From NCBI RefSeq assembly GCF_006345805.1, contig NC_043000.1, positions 71,486,001 through 71,550,000 of the forward strand: a stretch of 64,000 nucleotides of DNA. The letters run 5' to 3'. The notes beneath the pieces are model-generated. The model worked only from the letters and a program-made list of their open reading frames with translations, made no database searches and was not told the origin of the DNA. How positions within the stretch are numbered: position 1 is the first letter of the stretch; the number at the start of each line of letters is the position of its first letter. The stretch comes from Octopus sinensis. Its lineage: Eukaryota. A program made the position numbers and the translations under genes. Shown in pieces: positions 48,598 through 61,359 of this stretch.

Positions 48598-50469
48598 TCT
48601 CTTATTATAAAAGGCAAATTTTATCTGCCTCCCTTTGTCTCTTATAGAAATCTACAATATAGGATTTCTTCAATTACAATTTACGTAGCATTTTTAAGAG
48701 TAGAATACATCGGGTCGTGCCAGGTCCAGTTTTTAAAATTTCAACCCCAATTAAGCAAAATTTTGAGAAAACTCACATTGTGGTGTGTAAGTGAAGTGCT
48801 TTTCTTAGTGTGGGCTACAGCACACACACACACACACACACACAAACGGAGCGAACTGCTTCACTGATGCTATCACCCTAATTTCTCCTCCTTTCTCTTT
48901 GCAAGTGTGCAACCATTAAAGTGAAAGTATTTATATAAAACGAGAGAAGTGTACCTTAAACCACTACTCAAAAAAAAACAACACAGCAAACAGAAACAAA
49001 TAAATACATAACGATTTACTCCTCACACAATTTCTTCAATTAGAGTTTACCTATGATTTTTCAAAGTACTTCCATTCGGTCATGGCATACAAAATTTCTT
49101 TCAATTTCACCCCCATTTCAGAAAAAATTCGAGAAAACTAAATATTTTACCATTTCACACTTTCACTCTACATTCCCACTTCCTCTTTACACACATGGAC
49201 ACGCAAATATATAAATAAAATTGTAAGCTAACGTGTGTGTGCGTGTGTGTGTGAGTGTGTGCGTGTGTGTGTGTGTGTGCGTGACAGGAAAGTTTTTTAG
49301 GACGAATATAAGATCTAAAGTATATCCAAGTAGCAGAAACATCGCCCAAAAGTGTATATAGATATTTAAATGTATTTATATATTCATCTATACACAGATG
49401 TATGTATAATGTGTGTGTATATATTTCTATAGAGGTAACCTTTCACTCCATACAAAGTTTTTTAGGACGAATATAAGATCTAAAGTATATCCAAGTAGCA
49501 GAAAGATCGCCCAAAAGTGTATATAGATATTTAAATGTATTTATATATTCATCTATACACACATGTATGTATAATGTGCGTGTATATATTTCCATAGAGG
49601 TAACCATTCAATCCATACAAAGTTTTTTAGGACGAAAATATTTATATATAAAAGAAAGGTTGTGTGTCTGTCTACTCCGATTTAGATTCCTAACTACTCC
49701 CACATTTTGCGATGCAGTTTAACCAAAACTGGGTATCTTATAGTCGTGATTCATATCGAGCCCTTCTGGGTATTAGCGCGCGTCTACGATGAGTCTACGA
49801 TTTTACAAATAATTTACCATCATTTTTTTCCATTTTAATGCATATTTCTTTAAATAAAAGGAAGTAACTCTCAAACTTCACACCAATATGCGTGCTCATA
49901 TGCGACGTAATATCACATCAGCAGCATTTCCTCAAACTCTCCTTGCACTTGGCGAAGGCAAAATACCAGGGGATGAAAATAGTAATATTGCCATCGATTC
50001 CATTTGTACCATTGTTAAGACGCCTTCTGATCTCAGAGATGCAGTGTTCCCAGATCTACAAGCTAATTATCAGAATATGGATTGGATTGGCAAAAAGGCT
50101 ATACTGCCCCCCCCCTCCTCAGGAATAAAACTGTTCACCATATTAATGATGAAATGCTAAAAATCATTCCTGGGGAAGTCTATGTATATCAGTCTATCGA
50201 TACAACTCCTGACCCAGAAGACGTCATCAACTATCCAATAGAGGTACTACCACCACACTTTCTCAAACTTAAAGTTGGTGCCCCTATAATGCTCATCAGA
50301 AATTTGGTTCCCCCAAAACAATGCAATGGCACACGTTTGATCGTTAAGTCCTTATCTCCCAGCGTAAACTTATATCAATATTTGCCTGAATAATCATCAT
50401 AATTCAGTGCAATCATTAACAGTACTTTCAAGCAATTCAGCCCCGAGCAACGCCGGGCAATTCTGCTAG
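48598..50469 (+). mobile_element. Helitron with a PIF1-like helicase fragment
   Basis: A|TC start (approximate), 3' hairpin CCCGAGCAACGCCGGG, CTAG|T end, internal ~165-bp tandem duplication at 49289-49640. Confidence 0.85.
49885..50360 (+). pseudogene. Helitron Rep/Hel helicase C-terminal fragment
   Basis: NMRAH...LLALGEG...VFPD...WIGKKAIL / RNKTVHHIND...YQSID...LPPHFLKLKVGAPIMLIRNL..PKQCNGTRL; frameshifted. Confidence 0.88.
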
Positions 50470-50501
<32 letters not shown>

Positions 50502-50687
50502 GACACACACAAACACATATAGACATATATAAACACACAAACACACCCACACACATACAAATATTTACACACATGTATACACCCACACATACATACATAC
50601 AAACACATACAAATATTTACACATGTATATATACATACATATGCACACAGTCCTACACACTGACCAGGTAGTTTGGAACAGCAGCAG

Positions 50688-50723
<36 letters not shown>

Positions 50724-50768
50724 CATACATATATATATACACACACACACAAACACATGTATATATAT

Positions 50769-52011
50769 GGATCTAGTTTTTTCCATTTGCAAAATATGCA
50801 TTTTTTAAAAGACAGTAAAAAATATGAAAATCGGCTACAATAATGTGTAGTCTTCCAATCTCATTGCTTTGAAGGTATGATGTGAAGAAAAATTTTTGAG
50901 AAAAAAGTTACAGAGGTTTAAATATCAAAGAAAAAACTATATTTTTAGACAAATTTTTTGCGTTTTGTGGACTGGTGTCAACTTTCAGGTTGTACCCTGT
51001 GAAATTTAGAGTTTAGCATCTGACCTGTTCATTGTAGGTTTCTAAATAAACAGAAATAATAAAATCATGTATCATCTTACTGTTTCTTTTGTCTCTTCAT
51101 TGATTGTATGGTTTTATCATTTTTTTAAAATTTGTAATATTAATATATTTGTCTGCATGTGTTTATGAGTATTTCAGTATTATGTATACCTGTCATGTAT
51201 TTGTGTACATCATTAATATATAAGTGCATGTGGACATGTGTATTCATACATAAGTTTATACGTACATTTATGCTTTCATGTGTGTGTCTATCTCCAAAAC
51301 TCCGAAGTTGAGTAACGTTTTCATGCTTGGATTTGTAAATTATGATAAGAATAACACAGGTCAACTAAAAATTTGTCCCAAAGAAAACAATGTCTGTATC
51401 ATACATTTTTGTATGCAGAATTCAAAAATAATGTCAAATTATCTGTAAAACCTACAGTTTCTCTGTTTCACAATATCCATCTCAGTTCTTGTTCGTGGGC
51501 TAAATTTCAGTTAAGCTGCTGAAATTTGAAGATAACGGTTTAAGAAATACTCCTAATTAAAATTTCTATGACCAGAATTAAACTAGAGAAATCAAAAATC
51601 CAGTTATCTGAGCCAAAGAGTCCCAAAAATACATGAAATAAAAAATATGTAAAAATAGTAACACACAGAAAAATATGTAATATACTAACACACAGAGAAA
51701 TTAAAACAAAACACGCAGGTGAAAAGAATCTTGTGGTGTGAAGAATTAAGTGTTAAAAATCAACAGGCAACAGTGAACCACAACACAGTGTGTGGTTGTC
51801 ATGGTAACAAGCTGCTAATGCCACGCTGTGTGTTGATTGGCTAAAATTACCCAACTTTAATGCCAAATAACATCAGATTCTTACATTTATGAGATAAAGT
51901 AATTGGTTGATCGTAGTTAAAATTCAGAGTTACATCAAGACACCAAAATTGAAAGCAATCAGAGCAAAATTAAGGGGGGGCTTATTTTGCAAATGAGAAT
52001 GACTAGATCCC
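50769..52011. mobile_element. Unclassified non-autonomous DNA element with ~30-bp TIRs
   Basis: ggatctagtttttccatttgcaaaata at left vs tattttgcaaatgagaatgactagatcc at right; flanked by (TA)n. Confidence 0.65.
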
Positions 52012-52017
52012 ATATAT

Positions 52018-52065
<48 letters not shown>

Positions 52066-52379
52066 ATGTATGTATATACACATACATACGTACATATAGA
52101 GATGTATATAAATAGTTATATATAGTCATATTTAGTGACAATTATGGTTTTCTTTTTTGGTAAACATTGGAAATCATTGTCTATATGTATACACACACAC
52201 ACATATATATATATATAAAAAGAGAGAGAAAGAGAAAGAGTGAGTATAAAAGGGTCTTTAACCTACATGGATTTACACAGGATTCCACCTAAGGACTTAC
52301 AGACTTAGTTTTACATGATTGGAAAACTGAACTGTGAACTTGAGATGTTTGTCTTGCCTTAACGTTTGTTGTCCTCTTT

Positions 52380-52419
<40 letters not shown>

Positions 52420-52754
52420 TAGCAGAGATACCCAGCATTGCTCAGGATTAAAATGGCATAGTTTGTATATATATATATTACAGTTATATTGAAATAAGTG
52501 ATACAAGAAAGTGCAGCATTGACAACAAAACATTTGTGAAGTAAATTTTAAAGCTTTGCAGGAACAACAATTTGAGTTTAGCACACCAATTTGGAAAGAA
52601 TTATAATTTTTATAAGAATGGGATGGATCATATCTGAAAGCAACTCCAGGTGTTGTGAAGAGTGAATTTATTTGTTGTCTGTTTCTGAGAGCTATTCTAT
52701 CAGGCCTCTGTGTAATCTTGCATGCTAAACATTGTTTTAATGATTCAGCATTAA

Positions 52755-52950
52755 ATGCTGCAACATGCCTTTAATGATCTTGGGAAAGTCTCATCTCCCT
52801 TGAGACTCCATCCAACATGCTGCAGCATGCCCTTGCTGATCATGGGAAAGTCTCATCTCCCTCCTCTCTTGAGACTCCATCTGGTGTGCTACAGCATGCC
52901 TTCACTGATCTTGAGAAAGTCTCATGTCCCTTATCTCTTGAGACTCTCAC
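52755..52950. repeat. Three ~65-bp tandem units, each with an AGTCTCA/TGAGACT hairpin
   Basis: catgcc...tgatc...gaaagtctcat...ttgagactc repeated three times. Confidence 0.8.
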
Positions 52951-53831
52951 CTTCAGCTTTCTGCAATCCTCTTTGCTTGATAGGTGTTTCTGAAGAGATT
53001 AGGTTATTTTCTTTGGTGGCATATTTTTTTCAATATTGTAATCAAAAAGTTATGAACATAGAAAAAATATACATTAATCTCTATTTTTGTAAGCAGTTGA
53101 ATGTATGTAGTATGTCTGTATTTTTTTTTTTTGCAGTGTAAATTAACCAAGTATAAGCAAATAGAAAATACCTTGCAACTGCTGTGCTAATTATGAACTG
53201 GTAATTCAAAGGTAGATATGTATTTTTATATACCTTGGATGTGCCACCTTATTGTTTTTAGCCAAGAGTTTCACCTCCAGCCGTTCTCATCACATATGTA
53301 TATGTAGAGGTGTGTGTGTGTTTAATAACATACATAACAAATGAGCAATCATACACCCACTCAGAGACACACATTCATATACAAAATGTGACAATACATA
53401 CACATACAGACATACATTCATGCATATCAGTCATCACATATATATATTATGTTAAGATGTGTGTGTGTGTGTGCATATAATAACGTATCTAACATGGAAA
53501 CACACACAGTCACAGAGTCATACACACTCACATACAAAATGTGATGTCATGTTGGTGGGAGTATAAAATGTCCTTTACTATCTCATATGTATCAAATTCA
53601 CAAATACACTCATATAAAATGTCCTGTACTATAGTTGAGTATACAAAGATTATGTGTATGAAATGTTATATTGTTTTAATGGAAATGAAAAAAAATTACA
53701 TATTGACAGTCATGGGGTGTAATACTATATAAAAAAAGAGACACACACAGACATACATTCATGCAAGCCAGATGTCACATATGTATGTGTACATGCGTGC
53801 ATGCATGTGTGTGAGTTGAATAATGGGTCGA

Positions 53832-55080
53832 ACTAGAGCATTTGACCTGAGCAAAAAAAAATTTTTAATTAGTGTAATAGGTGTAAAACAACTTGCTGTA
53901 AACAAATATGAAAAAAAATGTGTGCTCACGAATGGGGGTGGGGGAGAGGACTTGGAAAATTCACATCATAAATGTTCCGAGTTGTCTAACCAAAGCCAAA
54001 AGGAGAAAATATAGTGCAATAGGTGTAAAACAACTTGCTGTAAATCAATATGAAAAAGAGTGCGCGCTCGTGAACAGGGGTGGGTGGGGGAGAGGACTCA
54101 GAAAATTCACATCGTCAGACCATGACCTTTAAACTCCAGTGTTTGACCCAAGCAAAAAAAAATTAAAAACCCGTCTAATAGGTGTAAAACAACTTGCTGT
54201 AAATGAATATGGAAAAAAAATGCGTGCTCGCAAACAGGGAGTGAGGGAGAGGACTCGGGAAATTCACATTGTCAGACCATGACCTTCAAACTCTAGTGTT
54301 TGACCTTAGCAAAAAAAAAAAAAAATAAAAACTAGTGTAATAGGTGTACAACAATTTGGTGTAAACAAATATGAAAAAAATATGCGTGCTTGCAAATGGG
54401 ATGGGCAGAGGACTCAGAAAATTCACATCGTCAGACCATAACTCTAGTGTTTGACCTGAGCAAAAAAAAATAATTAAAATTAGTGCAATAAGCGTAAAAC
54501 AACTTGTAAATGAATATAAAAAAAAATGCACGCTCATGAATGGGGGGTGGGGGAGAGGACTTGGAAAGTTCACATCGTGAACGTTCCGAGCCAAAAAAAA
54601 GTGTAACAGGTGTAAAACAATTTGCTGTAAACGAATATGAAAATAAATGCATGCTCGCGAACGGGGGTGGGGGAGAGGACTCAGAAAATTCACATCGTCA
54701 GACATTGACCTTTAAACTTTAGTTTCACCTGAGCAAAAAGATAAAAATTAGTGTAATAGGTGTAAAACAACTTTCTGTAAAACGAATATGACAAAAAAAA
54801 TACGCGCTTGCAAATGCAGGGTTGGGGAGAGGACTCGGAAAATTCACATTGTCATACCATAACTCTAGTGTTTGACCCGAGCAAAAAAAATAATTAAAAT
54901 TAGTGTAATAGGTGTAAGACAACTTGCTGTAAATGAATATGAAATTAAAAAAATGCATGCTCGCGAATGGGGGGGGGGAGGATTAAGAAAATTCACATCG
55001 TCAGACCTTGACCATTAAACTCCAGTGTTTGACCTGAACAAAAAAAAAACTTAGAAAATAGCGTCATAGGTGCACAACAA
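53832..55080 (+). repeat. Tandem satellite-like array, ~9 units of ~120-160 bp
   Basis: gtgtaaaacaac anchor near 53880, 54022, 54181, 54343, 54491, 54609, 54759, 54911, 55069; gagaggactc and aaattcacat recur. Confidence 0.9.
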
Positions 55081-55199
55081 ACAAGGCATTTGACTATTGT
55101 GAATACTGACTTTGCCAATTCTTTCTTTTCGATTACAGTGGGTGGTCCCACTCATGCTTCATCATTAGCGACACAGACAAATGCAGGCACTACAAAATA

Positions 55200-56940
55200 A
55201 TCATTCCTGGGGCGACTCCCACTGTCCCACCAAGGGAACATATGAACCACTTATTTTGTCAATCTGGTATTAATGTCATATTTTATGATTTATTTACTCC
55301 TAGTCATCATTCAGGGATCCTGCTGCAAGATCCCCATGCTGAGAGCTAATTTCTCAGTATATTTTATGTGTGTAGCATAGCCATCCTGCTGAGTAGTCAT
55401 TGGAATGACCTGTCTTTAATACCCAAGGCATCTAGAGCACTGCACTCGCAGGCTGGTGCCAGGCACTACAGGCACCAACTGGGAATCCATGCACTTCTAC
55501 CAGCTGATCAAACTCTTGCAAAAGCAATGGTATGAGCAGTCGATACTTTCTCAAGAGATACCTCTCTCAAGGCATCTCCTTGCTCCAACTGGACAGTCAC
55601 GTTGACTACTACTACTTTCTCAGGATGGCTAAAGACTAAGTCGGGTAGCAGCCTGGAGCCTCCCACAATGTACAAAGGCTCCACACTGATACTCCAGCCA
55701 CAGGCAACAGCTTCTTTCACAACCAGATTACAGATTTTGTTGTGTCTGGCAAGACATGGCCTTTTAAGAGCATCACAAACTCTACAGATGTGAGATATCG
55801 TCTCCACCACTACTCTACACATTGGACACAAGGAGTCCCCTCATCCACTACGTGTCAAGGTCTCTCGAGTGGGAAATATGTAGGGGTGCATCTTTAGTAA
55901 CCCCAAGAAGCACTTCTCCGTAATCCTACCTGGTCTACTTATCCAACTATTGCCAATCGCATCCCCATGAAATGCCGCCGCACACCAGCTGAGCTGCCCA
56001 TTTATGGGAGTGCACCATCTATGTCATGGTCATATTCAGTAGCATTAGCAGGGAGCAACGGAAAGTTGAAGGAAGCTACTAATTGCTGATTCTGTTCGGC
56101 TAATCTTGCAGAATCAGCAATCTTTTTCATGGTGTATCCCGACGTCAGAAGGCGAAGATTATGGCAGATGACACATTTGGGGATCAGCCTCACCATCTGG
56201 TGAAGATTTAACCCACCATCATGCCGGCTGCTATATAGAAAGGAAGAAGTGGTATCCAGGAGATGAAGAATCCATCTAGTTCCCACATGAATGACCATGT
56301 CAAGTCTCTTGAGAATTCCTCTTGACGGCAGCACCTGTGTGAGACTATAAAATAGTCTCTGCAAATAGTTCTGCTGTAACAAGAGGAATTTCTGTTGGGG
56401 TTTCAGTGGAGCCCTGCAAATCTTAGCGATATCCAGGGACACCTGTTCCACTGAATCTAAAGAAAATTCCCAACTTGAGCTCAAAGTCCATGTAAGAACG
56501 GTTCTACCTTTTTCATTGCGATACCATGGAGACTCAGTGGAGAGCTATTGTTGACAAGAAAATCTTGCCCCAGCCATGAATGGAGAACCACGCACATTTA
56601 CCGATGTTGATTTACCGGCTGTGCGATCAAACTCCAGGCATCTATCCACAAGAGTCTGGAGACCATCACACGACCCAGCAACTAGGAACAAATCATCAGT
56701 GTATGTGAGTTCTACCATTCTGATACCCTCAACACTGAGACCTCTGCTGTCCGACAGAACATCTAACAATGGGTCGGTCGCAATGTTAAAGAGGATTAGC
56801 GAGAGTGCGTCCCCTTGTCTAACATCTTGCCGAATCTCGATGGGCTCACTAAGTTGCCCACTGACTGAGAATCTGGTAATGCTACTTTCATAGATCCCCT
56901 CCACGAACGCTATAATGTGCTCATGGAAGCCAAGCCTGGC
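55200..56940 (-). mobile_element. R2-type (restriction-like endonuclease) non-LTR retrotransposon, 5'-truncated and degenerate
   Basis: RT VRQGDALSLILFN, YTDDL; APLKPQQK; FLYSS..DGGL; CCHC knuckle CPMC...ETISHI...C; RHN; PDLV...VV(N)VTV. Confidence 0.85.
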
Positions 56941-56944
56941 AGGA

Positions 56945-57050
56945 CCCATTCCTGTAGAGAATGGTGTCAAGCAGGATGACATCCTCACCCCAACTCCCTT
57001 TTCTTTGTACTTTGCTGCTGCTGTTACTCATGTTTTTGCTAAGGTTAGCT
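56945..57050 (+). mobile_element. Inverted short RT segment of the neighbouring RTE LINE
   Basis: PIPVENGVKQDDILTPTPFSLYFAA resembles the GVKQG.VL.P.LF motif. Confidence 0.65.
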
Positions 57051-59050
57051 CTCTGGGGATATCTGGACAAGGGCATCATTTATGAGGCACCCATTCAGGC
57101 AGGTATGAAGAATATTTGCCAGAATCTTGCCAGCAGCTGACAGTAGAGCAATGCTTCTATAGTTACCACACATTGTTCTGGCTCTTTTTCCTTTATAGAG
57201 TGGAAGAATAATTGCTTCCTTTCAGTCCTTAGGTATTGCAACATCCCTCCACACTGCACTAAAAAGTTCATGAAGAGACTGTATGATGTAATCACCACCA
57301 AATCGCAAGACCTCAGCACAAATTTCATCCTTTCCAGGTGCCCTACCAAGATTCAAATTACTTATTGATGTCATTACTTCATCTATTGAGGGTACGGAAT
57401 TTAAGGAGCCAATGATAGGTCTTTGTTGCATAGTATCCATCACTGTTTCATGGTTTAGGAGTTCAGAGAAGCGTTCAATCAAGCGACCTGCGATTTCTGT
57501 TGATTTAGTAAATAGAGTGGAAGACTCCTTGGAAAGCAAAGGAGCTGATGTGGAGCTCTTAGGCTCATAACCATTCTTGGTAAAGATTCTTACTGTCATT
57601 TGAATCAGCAGCAGCCTGAACATCACGAGCATGATCCTCCTACCAAGTTTTCTGCATCTTTCTGAGAGATCGCTGCAGTAGTGATTTTACGTTGCACAAC
57701 AGAAAGTCCTCTGTGCAGAAATACATTGTGGGCATGGCGCTTTACAGCCAATAGTTGATGAACTTCAGCATCATTTTCATCAAACCAGTCTCAGTGTCTG
57801 GCAGTGACATATCCCAGTGTTTCAGCAATATTTTGAAGAACCTGGTCTTGAAAATCTTCCCATGCTGCAGTATGCGAGTCAGAAGCTCTTTCCTCAACAC
57901 AGCATCATATATCTTGTGGACATTCAGACGCCGAGGAATGCTGACTGGCCCTCTTCTCTTTTTCACTTTAATCATCATCTGGAAGTTTGCTCATACCAGA
58001 CTGTGGTATGTCCAGCATTCTGATCCATGAAAGGACTTGACATTACAATTGTCATAGATGACATGTTTGCAGATGATGATATAATCCAGTAAGTGCCAAA
58101 CTTTAGACCTTGGATGCATCCATGTTGTCATGTGATCACCTTTGTGTATAATATGAGTGCTTGCGATGTAAAGTCAATGTTCATCGCAAAGCTCAAGCAG
58201 CATGAGGCCTTTACTATTCATTTTCCCTACTGGAAAATGTCTTAGAGAGTTCCATGTTTGCCAGTCAGTTCCAACCCTGGCATTGAAATCCCCCAGTAGA
58301 ATGACCTTATCAGAATTAGGGATTTTTCAGAAGTATGGCTCTCAACTGGGTATAAAAATACTTGTATCTTCATCACAGCTAGTCAAAGTAGGTGCATAGG
58401 CACCTATTAGAGTAACAAACCGCCCACCTTTCAAGTGAAATCGTAGAGTCATTAGACATTCATTTATAGGAACAGGAAGCCCCTCCAACTCTTTAAGGAT
58501 ATCAGATCGAACTGCAAAGCCAACACCAGCTTTTCTTCACTCCTGCTTCTGCCTCCATTTCCCAGAAAAGATGTATCCACCTCCAACTTCCTCAAGCTGA
58601 CCATCACCTATATGAATCTCTGAAAGTGCAACAACGTCAATGTTATAAAGGTTCAGCCCGTGAGCAACAAGTGCAGTGCGTCTTTCACACCGGCAATCAC
58701 TCTTGTTATCCAACAGAGTGTGCACATTTCAACATGAAATGTTCAAGTTCCATCCAGATTTTGTAAATAAAAGTCTCTTTGTTTTTCAAGTGCAGGGTGG
58801 ACATCCATCAGTTGTGCTAAACTGACCAGATATAGAAAGACAGGCAATTTTTGGTACACCTTTTCTAGAACATCTTCCAGCCTCTGGATGAGCAGTGCTC
58901 TCTCCAAATGGAGCTGCTCAGACACCCATGCAGCAACTGAATCCTATTGCTGTCTTGGGCGACTTTATATGTAGCATGGACCACCTACGTGCAGGTCGCT
59001 GACTACATGCTTCACCACCTTCCCATTGCCACAGGACTTCCAAATAAAAA
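57051..59050 (-). mobile_element. Second RTE family (BovB/RTE-1-like), 5' half, degenerate
   Basis: NVHTLLD...ERRTALVA...YNIDVVALSE...QLEEVGGGY; LGDFNARVG; WMHPRSK.WHLLDYII; RAPGKDEICAEV; CGNYRSIALLS.AGKILA. Confidence 0.85.
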
Positions 59051-59544
59051 GAAATGTACTAAAAATAAAAATATATATATACTAAAAATACAATAAATAT
59101 ATATAGGGAAGAAAAATAAAACAAAAAATGCACATATCGCGCAGAGGTCAGCAATGCCTGTGCAGAGTTTTAGGTTCAATAAGGCTAACACAACACCTCA
59201 CAGACCCTCTCCACTTTATTGACATTATCCAGAGACAAGCCGGAGCAAGATGTTTGGTGTCAATATGAGTTGCCATGATCTCTAGCACAAACCAAAGATC
59301 CCCAAAATGTCCAATGTCATTCCCTGCATATCTGCTTTTATATCAAAGTGACCTTCTCCTAGAGACATGCTTCAACAAAAGCTGAGGAGTGCCACAATCC
59401 CAGTGGTCTTTCAGCATGCTGGACACCATTCTGGAATTTGTGCATACCCATGCTATTACTAGATAGCCATTGAGCCTACTCAAGGTTCATCCGACCATTC
59501 AACAGGTCTTGTTTTTAATCCTGCTGGGTTTCTAGCAACCCTCC

Positions 59545-59599
59545 TCACAAAACTATCTGATGAACGGGAACATGAAACTCTGAGTAAAAGGTTTTGTGA
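59545..59599 (+). ncRNA. Minimal type-I hammerhead-ribozyme-like motif with canonical core
   Basis: Stem I TCACAAAAC / GTTTTGTGA; CTGATGA at 59557-59563; stem II with GGAA loop; GAAA; ACTC-T-GAGT; GTA triplet ending at 59586. Homolog of 29171-29225. Confidence 0.7.
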
Positions 59600-59756
59600 T
59601 ATTTTTGCTGCTTTTTAATAAAGCATATTACTCTACCTCGTGTCTCTCTCACAACTGTCTAATGGTGGATGGATACGTCTTAGATACATGCAAATATAAA
59701 CCTCCCTATACATATGTACAAGTACACACAATCATATAAACACGTATGCACACTCA

Positions 59757-59962
59757 CATCATCATCATCATTTAACGTCTGCTTTCCATGCTAGCATGGG
59801 TTGGACGATTTGACTGAGGTCTGGCGAACCAGACTCCTATCTGATCTGGCAGAGTTTCTACAGCTGGATACCCTTCCAAACGCCAACCACTCCGAGAGTG
59901 TAGTGGGTGCTTTTACGTACCAGTTTGGTGGTACTGGCAATGACCACGCCCAAATGGTGCTG
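59757..59962 (-). mobile_element. RTE LINE 3'-end fragment
   Basis: catcatcatcatttaacgtc..ctttccatgctagcatgggttggacg...cagctggat...gtgggtgcttttacgt. Confidence 0.85.
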
Positions 59963-60087
59963 CACACATATATACGTATAATCTTAAACTATATACATAT
60001 ATACATTTATCCATCTACATATATGTCACTATTTTCGCAGACAACGGTTAAAACTGAAAAATTTTTTAAACATATACATACATACAT

Positions 60088-61314
60088 ATGGCTTTTGTTG
60101 ACATGGAGAAAGCCTTCGACAGGGTCCCCCGATCCCTCATCTGGTGGTCAATGAGGAAACTAGGAATAGATGAATGGTTAGTGAGAGCTGTGCAAGCCAT
60201 GTACAGGGACGCTGCTAGTAAGGTGAGGGTTGGCAACGAGTACAGTGAAGAATTCCGGGTAGAGGTAGGGGTCCACCAAGGCTCAGTCCTCAGCCCCCTC
60301 CTATTTATCATAGTCCTCCAGGCAATAACGGAGGAATTCAAGACAGGATGCCCCTGGGAGCTCCTCTATGCTGATGACCTTGCTCTAATTGCTGAGTCAC
60401 TATCAGAACTGGAGAAGAAGTTTCAGGTGTGGAAGCAAGGTTTAGAATCGAAGGGCCTTAGAGTCAACCTAGCTAAAACCAAAGTCGTAATAAGTAGGAA
60501 GGTAGACAAATCACAAACGCCTTCAGGTAGATGGCCCTGCTCGATCTGTAGAAAAGGTGTAGGTAGAAACTCTATAAGATGCACCAAGTGTAAGCTATGG
60601 ACACATAAGAGGTGCAGCAATGTCATAGGAAGGCTAACTAGGAAGATGGTTTTTGTATGTGGCAGATGCTCGGGAGAATTAACCTCTGAAAATCTGCAGA
60701 AAACAACTTCCGTCACTTTCCAGGGGGGAAAACTAGAAGTAGTTGATAGCTTCCGTTATCTTGGTGACCAAGTCAGTAGTGGGGGTGGGTGTGCTGAAAG
60801 TGTAATGGCTAGAGTAAGAATAGCCTGGGCAAAGTTTAGGGAGCTCTTACCTCTGTTGGTGACTAAAGGCCTCTCGCTCAGAGTAAAAGGCAGACTGTAT
60901 GATGCATGTGTACGAACAGCCATGCTACATGGCAGTGAAACATGGGCCATGACTGCTGAGGACATGCGTAAGCTCGCGAGAAATGAAGCTAGTATGCTCC
61001 GTTGGATGTGTAATGTCAGTGTTCATAGTCGACAGAGTGTAAGTACCTTGAGAGAAAAGTTGGACATCAGATGTTGTGTGCAAGAGAGACGATTGCGCTG
61101 GTATGGTCATGTGGCAAGAATGGATGAAGACAGGTGTGTGAAAAAGTGCCACACCCTGGCAGTTGATGAGACATGTGGAAGAGGTAGACCCAGGAAAACC
61201 TGGGTTGAGGTGGTAAAGCACGACCTTCGAACTCTGGGTCTCACCAAGGAAATGACCAGAGACCGAGACCTATGGAAGTATGCTGTGCGTCAGAAGACCC
61301 GGCAAGACCAGTGA
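60088..61314 (+). CDS. Open RT-PHD-C-terminal part of the RTE ORF (408 aa)
   Basis: Uninterrupted AFVDMEKAFDRV...YADD...RGRPRKTW...stop. The ATG is created at the truncation junction, so expression is not implied. Confidence 0.7.
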   Translation: MAFVDMEKAFDRVPRSLIWWSMRKLGIDEWLVRAVQAMYRDAASKVRVGNEYSEEFRVEVGVHQGSVLSPLLFIIVLQAITEEFKTGCPWELLYADDLALIAESLSELEKKFQVWKQGLESKGLRVNLAKTKVVISRKVDKSQTPSGRWPCSICRKGVGRNSIRCTKCKLWTHKRCSNVIGRLTRKMVFVCGRCSGELTSENLQKTTSVTFQGGKLEVVDSFRYLGDQVSSGGGCAESVMARVRIAWAKFRELLPLLVTKGLSLRVKGRLYDACVRTAMLHGSETWAMTAEDMRKLARNEASMLRWMCNVSVHSRQSVSTLREKLDIRCCVQERRLRWYGHVARMDEDRCVKKCHTLAVDETCGRGRPRKTWVEVVKHDLRTLGLTKEMTRDRDLWKYAVRQKTRQDQ

Positions 61315-61359
61315 GAACAATCAAAATCAAATCATATATCAGAAAGCAGGGGTTAAGTG

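Larger units (their letters stand above)
52419..55080 (-). mobile_element. Helitron-like element (3' end at 52419) running into a tandem array
   Basis: Reverse reads cctgagcaatgctggg...tgCTAG|T, a CpG-decayed version of the 3' hairpin of the other two Helitrons. Right boundary is uncertain. Confidence 0.55.
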
